IMG/VR virus record: IMGVR_UViG_3300050331_000077
Span: 1-50,344 of that record
Direction: 5' to 3' (one strand)
Origin: a virus
Lineage: Duplodnaviria; Caudoviricetes
DNA length: 50,344 bases
The number at the start of each line of letters is the position of its first letter. The first letter of the stretch is position 1. A model generated the notes under the pieces. The model saw only the letters and a list, made by a program, of their open reading frames with translations, had not been told where the DNA came from and searched no databases. A program made the position numbers and the translations under genes. This document shows, piece after piece, positions 16,394 through 24,662 of this stretch.

Positions 16394-17019
16394 TGCGCCT
16401 CCAGGAGGCCGGCAGCCCGAAGCTTGTCTCTGGCGCGCCTCGTTGCCAGGTAGGCGCGGATGTCACCGCGGAAAAAGAAGAGCGCGACCAGCCACACGAG
16501 GGCAATAGCGATGGCAGTCACCAATGTGTCGTAGCTCGGCACGAAGGAAAACATCCAGATCCCCCATCCCAAATACAGGCTCACGAATCCGATCGCGGTG
16601 ATCGCCAACCACGCCGAAATGCGATCGAGCCAATCGACGCTCACGCGGATGCGTTCCTCTGCGGCCGGGTGGAGGAACCGGGCGAGCATTCGAATCTCCC
16701 CGATCGAGAACAGTCCCGTCGCGAACACCTTCATGAGCAAGTCGGCATGCGCGGGCGGAACGTGCAACTTCGTCGCGAGGCGAAAGAGCTCGGCGTCCTT
16801 CAGCTTTGCGAGAAACGGCGCGATGGGGGAGTCGGCCCGTGCAGCGTCATTGAGATGCGAGAGCCGCTCGAGCGGTCGCTTCGTGAAGAGGGAGTGGTGG
16901 ATCTCGGCGCCGTCACGGACGAGTTTGAGGATCGCGGCGATCAGGCCGGGTATCGCGACGAGCGCGAGCATCCATCCCGATCCGTTGAGCACGGAATCGA
17001 GTGATTCAAGTTTTCCCAT
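16390..17019 (-). CDS. Hypothetical membrane protein with three TM segments
   Basis: Hydrophobic segments at the N-terminus and two near the C-terminus; GTGA overlap with the nuclease gene. Confidence 0.7.
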   Translation of the reverse strand: MGKLESLDSVLNGSGWMLALVAIPGLIAAILKLVRDGAEIHHSLFTKRPLERLSHLNDAARADSPIAPFLAKLKDAELFRLATKLHVPPAHADLLMKVFATGLFSIGEIRMLARFLHPAAEERIRVSVDWLDRISAWLAITAIGFVSLYLGWGIWMFSFVPSYDTLVTAIAIALVWLVALFFFRGDIRAYLATRRARDKLRAAGLLEAQ

Positions 17020-17141
17020 GTGGCCTGGCTAAGGTTCGTGACGAGCATCACGCCCGTATGTCCTTTGATCAATATCCGCGCTTACTGCACAGTCGGGATA
17101 ATCCGTAGACGTTTTCAATGGTTTGGCGGGTGTGGAGATGG

Positions 17142-17396
17142 TCATGCGGGTGTGGTCGGAGCGGGTGTATCGGACGGAGTGTTCCGGTCAAACCGGGTAT
17201 GAATCGTATGTTGGCACTGCCACAACAGACCGATCGTTGTCGCAGGAGCCTTCCAGGCTTCGCCCGCAATCGTTATCCCCACGCGGGAGTCATCAAACAG
17301 AAGGGCAGCAGCAAACCCTTCGAGTTCGCCGGACCGCGCCTGCTTGAGCAGCAGCTCCAGTTTCTTGATCAGATCGGCGTCCGGGGCATTTCTCAT
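17142..17396 (-). CDS. Small conserved protein (LE.LL..ARSGEL.G.A family)
   Basis: 84 aa, SD GAGGA; similar to the next gene. Confidence 0.7.
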   Translation of the reverse strand: MRNAPDADLIKKLELLLKQARSGELEGFAAALLFDDSRVGITIAGEAWKAPATTIGLLWQCQHTIHTRFDRNTPSDTPAPTTPA

Positions 17397-17411
17397 ATTC
17401 GCAGTCCTCTC

Positions 17412-17669
17412 TCAGGATCGACGTTCCGGGCGAATCGCCATCGGATCTTCGGTTTCGAGGCGCCGCACGAACTGCGACGATAGCAATTGAGCCGCTGCGA
17501 CCCCGACCGCCGGCGAACGCAGGACAAGCCCGGCGCTCGTGCTATTCCAGCTCCCGTCGCGCGCGTATTCGATGATCGTGACGCCAGCGTTGCGGCCGGT
17601 CCTCGCGCGGGCGAGCGCAGCCTCGAGCACGCTGACGACGCCGGCAGTCGTGGCAACTTTCGACTTCAT
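17412..17669 (-). CDS. Small conserved protein, probable paralog of 17142-17396
   Basis: VSVLEAALARARTGRNAGV...AG...SPA; ATGA overlap with the repressor stop. Confidence 0.65.
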   Translation of the reverse strand: MKSKVATTAGVVSVLEAALARARTGRNAGVTIIEYARDGSWNSTSAGLVLRSPAVGVAAAQLLSSQFVRRLETEDPMAIRPERRS

Positions 17670-18547
17670 CCGCGCCGCTCCTTCCGCTTCGGACGTGGTT
17701 CGTCCCGCGCGTTGAGATCTGCGTAGGGATCGACCTCAGCCGGATAGTGGTTCTCCTGGATGCCCAGCACGGGGCGGGCCTCTGGCATCTCCGGCGCGAA
17801 TCGGCCGTAAGAGCCGTGCGATAGGATTTCTTCGTCCTCTGCGTGCCCCAGCTCCAGGTGCTCGCGCGGCTTCAGCGCGGCCTCGATGCGTCGACGGGCC
17901 GCATCGTCCTGCACCAGATCCTCGTAACGTAGGCCGAACGCCTGCAGCACGCCTGACACTGCGGCCTTGATCTTGTCGTAAGTGATCTCGGCCGCGATGT
18001 ATTTGGGCTCAGGGGCGCGGGCGGGGCGGTTCGTTGCTGGGGCGGCATCCGCGACATATGTCACGGATTTGTCCGGGACCATTGTCCCTTCTTCGTTGAG
18101 AACCCATTGCCAACGGCATCCGATGCGCCCACATAGCTCGTGAGCGCGGGTGCGCGGTACGCCCCGGCTCCTCCAATTGTTGATCGTCTGATCCGACTCG
18201 TTCAGGAAAGTCGCGAGGTCGGCCCACGGCGAAAGTACTCCGACCCATTCAGGGTGAAGTTTCTGCGCTGCCTCCAAAAGACGCATAGCGGAATTGCGTT
18301 CAACCCTGGAATCAGCTTGCTCGGTTGAACCGAGTGCAGCGCCGGACTCTAGGTCGTCGATGGTGCACCGATAGAAGCGTGCGATCGCCTTCAGCTTTTC
18401 ATGGCTCGGGTTCTTTATTTCCCCGCTCACGATGCGGTACAGCGTTGCCTGGGTCATCCCCATTGCCTTGGCCTGAGCGGTGAGCGACTCGCCAGTTTGC
18501 TCGGCTCGCTTTCGCACCAACTCCTTGATCGTTTCTCGCACGCTCAT
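17666..18547 (-). CDS. cI: CI-like repressor with two HTH domains and no S24 peptidase
   Basis: Divergent from cro; HTH1 SLTAQAKAMGMTQATLYRIVSGEIKNP; HTH2 WADLATFLNESDQTINNWRSRGVP...IGCRWQWVLNEEG; start MSVRET. Confidence 0.8.
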   Translation of the reverse strand: MSVRETIKELVRKRAEQTGESLTAQAKAMGMTQATLYRIVSGEIKNPSHEKLKAIARFYRCTIDDLESGAALGSTEQADSRVERNSAMRLLEAAQKLHPEWVGVLSPWADLATFLNESDQTINNWRSRGVPRTRAHELCGRIGCRWQWVLNEEGTMVPDKSVTYVADAAPATNRPARAPEPKYIAAEITYDKIKAAVSGVLQAFGLRYEDLVQDDAARRRIEAALKPREHLELGHAEDEEILSHGSYGRFAPEMPEARPVLGIQENHYPAEVDPYADLNARDEPRPKRKERRG

Positions 18548-18620
18548 GGCGCAACTATGCATGAGCGAATTAAACACGTGCGTATTGACCGAGTTATACG
18601 GATGCGTATAGAGTGCGGGC
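18548..18620. promoter_or_regulatory. pR / pRM region with operators (OR)
   Basis: TTGACC-18-TAGAGT (pR); operators TATACG-gatg-CGTATA (18595-18610) and TAAACA-cgtg-CGTATT (18571-18586), 24 bp apart; CATAGT on the minus strand 6 nt before the cI ATG. Confidence 0.8.
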
Positions 18621-18833
18621 ATGGCGACCGTACAAGAAATCATCCTGCACCTCCGTGCTGCAGGTTACTCACAGACGCGCATCGCGAACGAGATCGGCGC
18701 GCCCCAGCCTCGCATATCCAGATGGGAGCGAGGCGAAGCGCCGGACTCTGCCGACGACGCGCTGAAGCTGGCGCGCTTGCTCGAGCAGGTCCAGGACGGT
18801 GCGCGAACATCCCACGCGGATTCGTCGTCCTGA
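18621..18833 (+). CDS. cro: Cro-like repressor
   Basis: 70-aa HTH GYSQTRIANEIGAPQPRISRWERG, divergent from cI. Confidence 0.88.
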   Translation: MATVQEIILHLRAAGYSQTRIANEIGAPQPRISRWERGEAPDSADDALKLARLLEQVQDGARTSHADSSS

Positions 18834-18901
18834 CGACGACCGCCCGCCGCACTTTCCCCGAGGCCGCGCAAGACGTCCACCGCTCCCAGGAGACCCCGAA
18901 C

Positions 18902-19132
18902 ATGGCACGACCGAACGAGGGCCGCACATTCGAAGTGACGGTTCGGTTTACGGCAGACGAGATGGAGAAGGTGCGCGCGATCAAGCGTGCGTACGGGCTC
19001 AAGTCGAACGGTCGCGCGGTTGCCATGGCTGTTCATTCCTCCGATGGGCTGATCGAGAGCTTGAAGTTTTTTCGCGAGCACTGCCGTCCCAAAAACATCG
19101 CAACCGCACCGGAAACGGAGTTCGTCAAGTGA
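18902..19132 (+). CDS. Ribbon-helix-helix-like regulator (cII position)
   Basis: VTVRFTADEMEKVRAIKRAYGLKS; SD AGGAG. Confidence 0.6.
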   Translation: MARPNEGRTFEVTVRFTADEMEKVRAIKRAYGLKSNGRAVAMAVHSSDGLIESLKFFREHCRPKNIATAPETEFVK

Positions 19133-19350
19133 TTGAACCGCAATGGGTAACAGTCGAGATTGAGATGCCTGAAGCCGAATACGCCGCCGCGAAAGTCCGC
19201 GCAGAACGGCTGGGCGTGCCCGAGAAGCGATACCTCGGAATCCTTGCGCTACAAGGTGACGCGGGCATCGCGCACCCCGAGATCGTCAAGTTCCGAAACT
19301 GCCTCCTCGCGGGGCATTTTCGGGACGGAAAAGGAGTTGTTGAGCCGTGA
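19129..19350 (+). CDS. Second RHH-like small protein
   Basis: VTVEIEMPEAEYAAAKVRAERLGVP..RYL; GTGA overlap. Confidence 0.55.
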   Translation: MIEPQWVTVEIEMPEAEYAAAKVRAERLGVPEKRYLGILALQGDAGIAHPEIVKFRNCLLAGHFRDGKGVVEP

Positions 19351-19445
19351 CCCGCCGGGACTGGATCGAACTCGCGGCACACCTCTCGGTCGTCGGCGGG
19401 TGCCTGCTCGGGCTTGCCGCGATGGGGCTGGAGTGGGTCGGGTGA
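19347..19445 (+). CDS. 32-aa single-TM peptide
   Basis: (M)TRRDWIELAAHLSVVGGCLLGLAAMGLEWVG; SD AAGGAG; GTGA and TGATG overlaps. Confidence 0.5.
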   Translation: MTRRDWIELAAHLSVVGGCLLGLAAMGLEWVG

Positions 19446-19567
19446 TGACTGCCGACATCGTGGTTCTCGCGGAGTATCGAGAGCGCCGGGCGCGGGTGCA
19501 GTGCTCGGTGACGTTCGACCCGCTGCAGGCGTGGCGGGCGTGGGCTGCGTTCTGGTGGGGGCGGTGA
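19445..19567 (+). CDS. 40-aa Trp-rich peptide
   Basis: MTADIVVLAEYRERR...WRAWAAFWWGR; TGATG overlaps on both sides. Confidence 0.5.
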   Translation: MTADIVVLAEYRERRARVQCSVTFDPLQAWRAWAAFWWGR

Positions 19568-21186
19568 TGGGCGCAGCCGATCTCGTCGTAGGAGACGGTT
19601 CTGACTGGATCGCCTCCGAGTTCTTCGCGCCGGCTGCAACTGACCTGGTCGACGGGCTGATCGGTCAGTACCGGGCAACTCGCTCCCGCGTGGAGCAGAT
19701 TGCGGAGATGGTGACCGGAGAGACTGCCGGTGCCGTCAGCTACTTCCTCGACGGCAACGGCAACGACACGGGCCGGTACGGCATGCCGAGCGTTGAGCGT
19801 CTGTTCCAGCTCGACGGGGCGCTCGCTGCGCTCAATGCGGCCTATTGGGCGAAGGCGATCAACCTGACAGACGTCCTCGACGCCATGCCGCAGGCCCGCC
19901 GTGAGGAGTGGAACAAGTCGATCCGCGAGCACGCGACGCCCGAGTTCGAAGAAGAGACGGTGCGCGCGACGCTGCAGGACTTGCTGATGTCGCGCTCCCG
20001 CTTCTTCGCCGAACGCGTCGACGGCCTCTTCCGCAACCTCTCTGGCGAGCACGTCACGAACAGCCCGATGGGCTTCAGCAAGCGGATGATCCTGTCGAAC
20101 ATCCATAACAGCTACTACTCGACGGAGCGCGCCGGCTACATCAACGACCTGCGCTGCGTCATCGCGAAGTTCATGGGGCGCGGCGAGCCGGGCTGGAACG
20201 CATCGGCCGCCATCATCAACGCCGCGCGCGAGCGGCATGGCGAGTGGATCACGCTCGACGGCGGGGCATTGCGCCTGCGCGTGTACCTGAAGGGCACGGC
20301 GCACCTCGAAGTGCATCCCGACATGGCGTGGCGTCTCAATTGCGTGCTCGCGCAGCTGCACCCCCATGCGATCCCGTGCGAATTCCGCCAGAAGCCGAAG
20401 CGCAAGCCGAAAGAGTTCCAGATGATCCAGCGCCCGCTGCCGTTCGCGGTGCTGGAGGTGCTGTCCGATATGGCGTCGGCCTACACGGTCGTGAAGACGG
20501 ACGACTGGCGCAATCCAGCGAAACGGACCCCGATCCCGAATGCGGTGCAGTTTGGCTACACCGCGAACGCCAAAGCCGGCTTCTGCGAGGCCGAGCGCGT
20601 GCTGGTTCTGATCGGCGGCGTGCGGGCGAAGGAAGGGCACTGGCAGTTCGACTACGCGCCGGGCCCGGTCATCAAGGAAATCGTCTGCAGCGGCTGCATC
20701 CCGGACCAGAAAAGCCACCAGTTCTACCCGACGCCGGAGCGCCTCGCGAGGATCGCCGTCGAGCTGGCCGAGATCGGGCCGGGCGACACGGTGCTCGAAC
20801 CCAGCGCCGGGATTGGCGGCATCGCCGACTTCCTGCCGCATGACCGTATGCGGTGCATCGAGATTAGCGATCTGCACTGCAAGGTGCTCCAGGCGAAGTG
20901 CTACGACGCGACGCGGGCGGACTTCATCGACTGGTCCACGAGAACGCGCGACCGCTTCGACCGCGTCGTCATGAACCCGCCGTTCAGTGAGGGTAGGGCA
21001 CAGGCCCACCTCGAAGCGGCAGCGGGGCTTGTGAAGGAAGGTGGTCGGATCGTCGCCATTCTGCCGGCGAGCATGCAGGGCAAGGCGCTGCTGTCGGGCT
21101 GGGCACACGCATGGTCGCAGACGTACGCCGGAGAGTTCGCCGGCACAAGCGTTGCGGTCTCGATTCTGACTGCGGAGAGGCTCTGA
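19567..21186 (+). CDS. DUF4942-type protein with C-terminal amino-methyltransferase domain
   Basis: HQFYPTP, VLEPSAGIG (motif I), MNPPF (motif IV); N-terminal LSGEHVTNSPMGF.KRMI. Confidence 0.88.
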   Translation: MGAADLVVGDGSDWIASEFFAPAATDLVDGLIGQYRATRSRVEQIAEMVTGETAGAVSYFLDGNGNDTGRYGMPSVERLFQLDGALAALNAAYWAKAINLTDVLDAMPQARREEWNKSIREHATPEFEEETVRATLQDLLMSRSRFFAERVDGLFRNLSGEHVTNSPMGFSKRMILSNIHNSYYSTERAGYINDLRCVIAKFMGRGEPGWNASAAIINAARERHGEWITLDGGALRLRVYLKGTAHLEVHPDMAWRLNCVLAQLHPHAIPCEFRQKPKRKPKEFQMIQRPLPFAVLEVLSDMASAYTVVKTDDWRNPAKRTPIPNAVQFGYTANAKAGFCEAERVLVLIGGVRAKEGHWQFDYAPGPVIKEIVCSGCIPDQKSHQFYPTPERLARIAVELAEIGPGDTVLEPSAGIGGIADFLPHDRMRCIEISDLHCKVLQAKCYDATRADFIDWSTRTRDRFDRVVMNPPFSEGRAQAHLEAAAGLVKEGGRIVAILPASMQGKALLSGWAHAWSQTYAGEFAGTSVAVSILTAERL

Positions 21187-22172
21187 TGGCCGACTGGTTC
21201 CGTTGGTGGCACGGCACCGTCACCGACCCGAAATTCATGTGGGTCTCTCGCAGGTCCGGGCGTCCGCTGAGCGAGGTCATCGCGGTATGGGCAGCCCTGC
21301 TCGAAACGGCAAGTAACGCTGAAACGCGAGGAAACGTTTCATGTTTCGACAGCGTTTCACACGACTGTTTGCTTGGTTTCGAGGACGGGATTTGCGACCA
21401 GATCATCGCCGCTTTGACCGACAAAGGCATGATCGACGGGGACGGAAATCTTACCGGATGGGAGCGCCGACAGCCGAAGCGAGAGGATCAGCCATCAGCG
21501 GAAAGCCGCGCCAAATCTAGCACTGAGCGGGTTAGAGCGTATCGCGAACGCATGAAGGCGCAACGCGAGCCGCAGCATGAAACGAAAATGAAACGCAGTG
21601 AAACGCAAGAAACGGCTAGAGAAGATAAGAGAAGAGAAGAACGTATACCCCCTACCTCTCCTATCGGAGAGGTATCCCCCCCGGACGATGAAACGGAACG
21701 CGTTGCCGAAACGCCATCTGCGTCGCCTTCGGCTCCGCCGCAGCCTGCCGGAGAGCAAGGCTGCCTGATCGCACTCCCTGCAAAACCCGCAGAACCCCGA
21801 AAGGCCGACGCACGAGGAACGCGCCTTCCTGCCGACTGGCGGCTTCCGAAAGCGTGGGGCGAGTGGTCGCTCGCGTACGCCGTGGAACACGGCCGCGCGC
21901 TGTCGCCGGATGCGGCGCGGGAGATCGCCGAGAAATTCCGCGATTTCTGGGTCGCGAAGGCCGGGAAGGACGGGCGCAAGACCGACTGGGAAGCCACTTG
22001 GCGGAACTGGATCCGCCGCGAACTCGAACGCCAACCTGCTGCACAGACCCCGAGGAGATCAGTCCATGACCAACGCAGCGCCACCATGGCCGCGCTCACC
22101 GGCTACTCGGCCGCAACCGGCCACGTCGAGACCGGCGACACCCTCGAAGGGCACCTCCGTGTCGTTGGTTGA
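21186..22172 (+). CDS. Phage replication initiation protein
   Basis: MADWFRWWHG..TDPKF, GWERRQPKRED, STERVRAYRER, C-terminal RGTRLP.DW...F.DFW....K.DWEATWRNW; internal iterons. Confidence 0.85.
   Translation: MADWFRWWHGTVTDPKFMWVSRRSGRPLSEVIAVWAALLETASNAETRGNVSCFDSVSHDCLLGFEDGICDQIIAALTDKGMIDGDGNLTGWERRQPKREDQPSAESRAKSSTERVRAYRERMKAQREPQHETKMKRSETQETAREDKRREERIPPTSPIGEVSPPDDETERVAETPSASPSAPPQPAGEQGCLIALPAKPAEPRKADARGTRLPADWRLPKAWGEWSLAYAVEHGRALSPDAAREIAEKFRDFWVAKAGKDGRKTDWEATWRNWIRRELERQPAAQTPRRSVHDQRSATMAALTGYSAATGHVETGDTLEGHLRVVG
21578..21641 (+). repeat. Probable replication-origin iterons
   Basis: (T)GAAACG x4 at ~10-11 bp spacing followed by a purine-rich tract; more GAAACG/CGTTTC copies near 21320-21360 and 21689-21714. 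Confidence 0.65.
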
Positions 22173-22680
22173 TCGCCTCTTCGCTCGCCTTGGTGCGTTC
22201 TACGGCGCCCGCTTCGCGGACATGTGGCGAGATGCGGACCCGGTCGAACTCAAGCGGGTCTGGGCCGAAGAGCTTGCCGGCTTCTCGCCCGAGGAACTCG
22301 CCCGCGGCATTGACGGTTGCCGCACTCGCGACTGGCCGCCGACGCTGCCCGAGTTCCTGCGGCTGTGCCGGCCGGCGCTCGACTACGAGGCGGCGTTCTG
22401 CGAGGCCGCGGAGCAGATGTACCGCCGGCAGCAGGGCGAGGACCGGTGGAGCGACCCGGCGATCTACTGGGCCGCGACGTGGATGGGGCGCGACGTGATG
22501 GCGGTTCCGTACGCGGTGGCGAAGGCGAGATGGTGCGCGAACCTCAACCGTGCGCTGCAGGCGATTCGCGGCGGGGAGCTTCCGAACGAGGTGCCCGAGC
22601 GCCTCCAGACGCTGCCTGCGCCGGGGGCGACGGTCGCCTCGGCTGACGACGCGAAGGCAATCTTGCGGGGCAACGCATGA
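22159..22680 (+). CDS. Replication protein P-like / helicase loader
   Basis: VDRLFARL...YG.RF..MW, W.EEL.GF, WPPTLPEFLRLCRP; lies between initiator and DnaB. Confidence 0.7.
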   Translation: MSLVDRLFARLGAFYGARFADMWRDADPVELKRVWAEELAGFSPEELARGIDGCRTRDWPPTLPEFLRLCRPALDYEAAFCEAAEQMYRRQQGEDRWSDPAIYWAATWMGRDVMAVPYAVAKARWCANLNRALQAIRGGELPNEVPERLQTLPAPGATVASADDAKAILRGNA

Positions 22681-24050
22681 ACGCGCTGCTGCCGATGTCG
22701 TACGCCTCGATCGAGTCCGAGCAGCACCTGCTGGGCGGTCTGCTGATCGACAACGGCGCCTTCGATCGCATCGTCGGCGTGGTGTCCGAGGCGGATCTGT
22801 TCCGCGAGGATCACCGGCGCATCTTCCGGCGCATCTCTGCGCTGCTCGAAGCGGGCAAACCGGCCGACTTCCTGACCGTCACCGAGTCGCTCGAGTCGGG
22901 CGGCGAGATCGAGAACGTCGGCGGCATGGCGTACCTCGCCGAGCTCGCGAACAGCACCGCCTCGACGGCGAACATCCGCCGGTACGCCGAGATCATCCGA
23001 GAGCGTGCGGCGATACGCAGGCTGCTCGCCGCCGGCGAGGAGATCACGGCACTGGCCACCGCCCCCGGGATGACGCTCGCGGAGAAGACCGACCGGGCGC
23101 AATCGCTCGTGCTCGGCGCCGGCGGCGAGACGGCTGGCGAAGCGCTGGTGAGCATGGACCAGCTGACGCAGATGCTGACCGTCGACCTGCAGCAGCGCGC
23201 GGACCGCGCAGGGAAACCGACGGGGCTCGCGACCGGCTTCCAGGACCTCGACGAGATCACTGGGGGGCTGCAGCGCTCGGACCTGATCGTGCTGGCCGCG
23301 CGCCCGTCGATGGGGAAAACAGCTACCGCGCTGAACGTCGCCCGCGCGGTCGGCATGGCCGGCGAGCCGTCGCTGGTCATCACGCTCGAAATGCCGGCCG
23401 TGCAGCTCGGTCACCGCCTCGTCGCCGACATCGGCCGCATCCCGATGAGCAAGATCCGCAAAGGGCAGCTCTCGCACGACGAGTGGCGCGAGGCGAGCGC
23501 CGCGATGGCCCGGATCAAGGCGTTGCCGATGCGGATCTCGGACGCCTTCGCGCCGACGGTGATGCAAGTGCGCGCGATGGCGCGCAAGGCACGCCGCGAG
23601 ATGGGCGGGCTTGGCCTCGTGGTCGTCGATTACCTGCAGCTGATGACCGGTACCGGAAACAGCCGCGCCGAGGAGATCGCGAGCATCAGCCGCGGCCTCA
23701 AGGCCCTGGCGAAGGAACTCGACTGCGTCGTCATCGCGCTCTCGCAGCTCAACCGCGAGCTGGAGAAGCGCCCGAACAAGCGCCCGGTGATGAGCGACCT
23801 GCGCGAGTCCGGCGCGATCGAGCAGGACGCCGACCTGATTCTCTTCGTGTATCGGGACGAGATCTACAACCCGAACTCGCAGGACGCCGGTACCGCCGAG
23901 CTGATCCTCGGCAAGCACCGCAACGGCGCGCTCGGGACGGTGCGGCTCGCGTATCTCGGCGAGTACGTGCGCTTCGAGAACCTGGCGAAGGGCTGGCGTC
24001 CGAGCGCGCCGGAGAAGTACAGCGGGTATGACGACGGATACAACGAGTAA
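22677..24050 (+). CDS. dnaB: Replicative DNA helicase
   Basis: SIESEQ.LLG, AARPSMGKT (Walker A), VVVDYLQLM, LSQLNR, DLRESGAIEQDAD, KHRNG. Confidence 0.97.
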   Translation: MNALLPMSYASIESEQHLLGGLLIDNGAFDRIVGVVSEADLFREDHRRIFRRISALLEAGKPADFLTVTESLESGGEIENVGGMAYLAELANSTASTANIRRYAEIIRERAAIRRLLAAGEEITALATAPGMTLAEKTDRAQSLVLGAGGETAGEALVSMDQLTQMLTVDLQQRADRAGKPTGLATGFQDLDEITGGLQRSDLIVLAARPSMGKTATALNVARAVGMAGEPSLVITLEMPAVQLGHRLVADIGRIPMSKIRKGQLSHDEWREASAAMARIKALPMRISDAFAPTVMQVRAMARKARREMGGLGLVVVDYLQLMTGTGNSRAEEIASISRGLKALAKELDCVVIALSQLNRELEKRPNKRPVMSDLRESGAIEQDADLILFVYRDEIYNPNSQDAGTAELILGKHRNGALGTVRLAYLGEYVRFENLAKGWRPSAPEKYSGYDDGYNE

Positions 24051-24231
24051 GGGACCGACATGGACGGAATCGCACAAACGAGCCTGCTTGATCCGATGGG
24101 TGATGCGGCTGCCGAAGGACGAGCGACAGGCGTTCTACCGGCTGTGGGAGGCGCGGCACGGCAAGGCGAGCACGCAGCGGATGGTGGCCGCGGTGCGGAG
24201 GCAATGGGAGCGCTCGACATCAGCTTCGTAA
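24028..24231 (+). CDS. Hypothetical protein (67 aa)
   Basis: TWTESHKRACLIRWV; overlaps neighbours. Confidence 0.55.
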   Translation: MTTDTTSKGPTWTESHKRACLIRWVMRLPKDERQAFYRLWEARHGKASTQRMVAAVRRQWERSTSAS

Positions 24232-24662
24232 TCCCCGGCGAGCCGAAGGGGAAGGGCCGCCACCGCTCGCGGATCGCGAAGAAAGGCGACGGGAAGCAGT
24301 TTATTGCCAGCTACGCGCCGAAGGACACGGTCGAGTACGAGAACCTCGTGCGGATGGCGGCGAACCGCGCGATGTGCGGTCGCACACCGACGGAGCGCCC
24401 GGTGCTCGTCGAGGTGTCGGCGACGTGTTCGGTACCGGCCAGCTGGTCGCAGAAGAAGCGCCGCGACGCACTGGCCGGCGAGGTGCAGCCGACCGGCAAG
24501 CCGGATCCGGACAACGTTCTGAAGGCGATCTTCGACGGGCTGAACAAGATCGTGGTCCGCGACGACGCGCAGATCTGCCGCATCGGGATGAGCAAGCAGT
24601 ATGGAGAGAAACCGGGCGTGTTCGTGCGGGTGCTGGAGATTAATGCGAGGAGTGCGCGGTGA
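24204..24662 (+). CDS. rusA: RusA family Holliday junction resolvase
   Basis: F.IPGEPKGKGR, KPDPDNVLKAIFDGLN, DDAQI. Confidence 0.92.
   Translation: MGALDISFVIPGEPKGKGRHRSRIAKKGDGKQFIASYAPKDTVEYENLVRMAANRAMCGRTPTERPVLVEVSATCSVPASWSQKKRRDALAGEVQPTGKPDPDNVLKAIFDGLNKIVVRDDAQICRIGMSKQYGEKPGVFVRVLEINARSAR

Noticed and set aside
17020-17141. LexA (CTGT-N8-ACAG) box near the repressor operon
   Set aside because: Only partial matches such as TACTGCACAGT with wrong spacing
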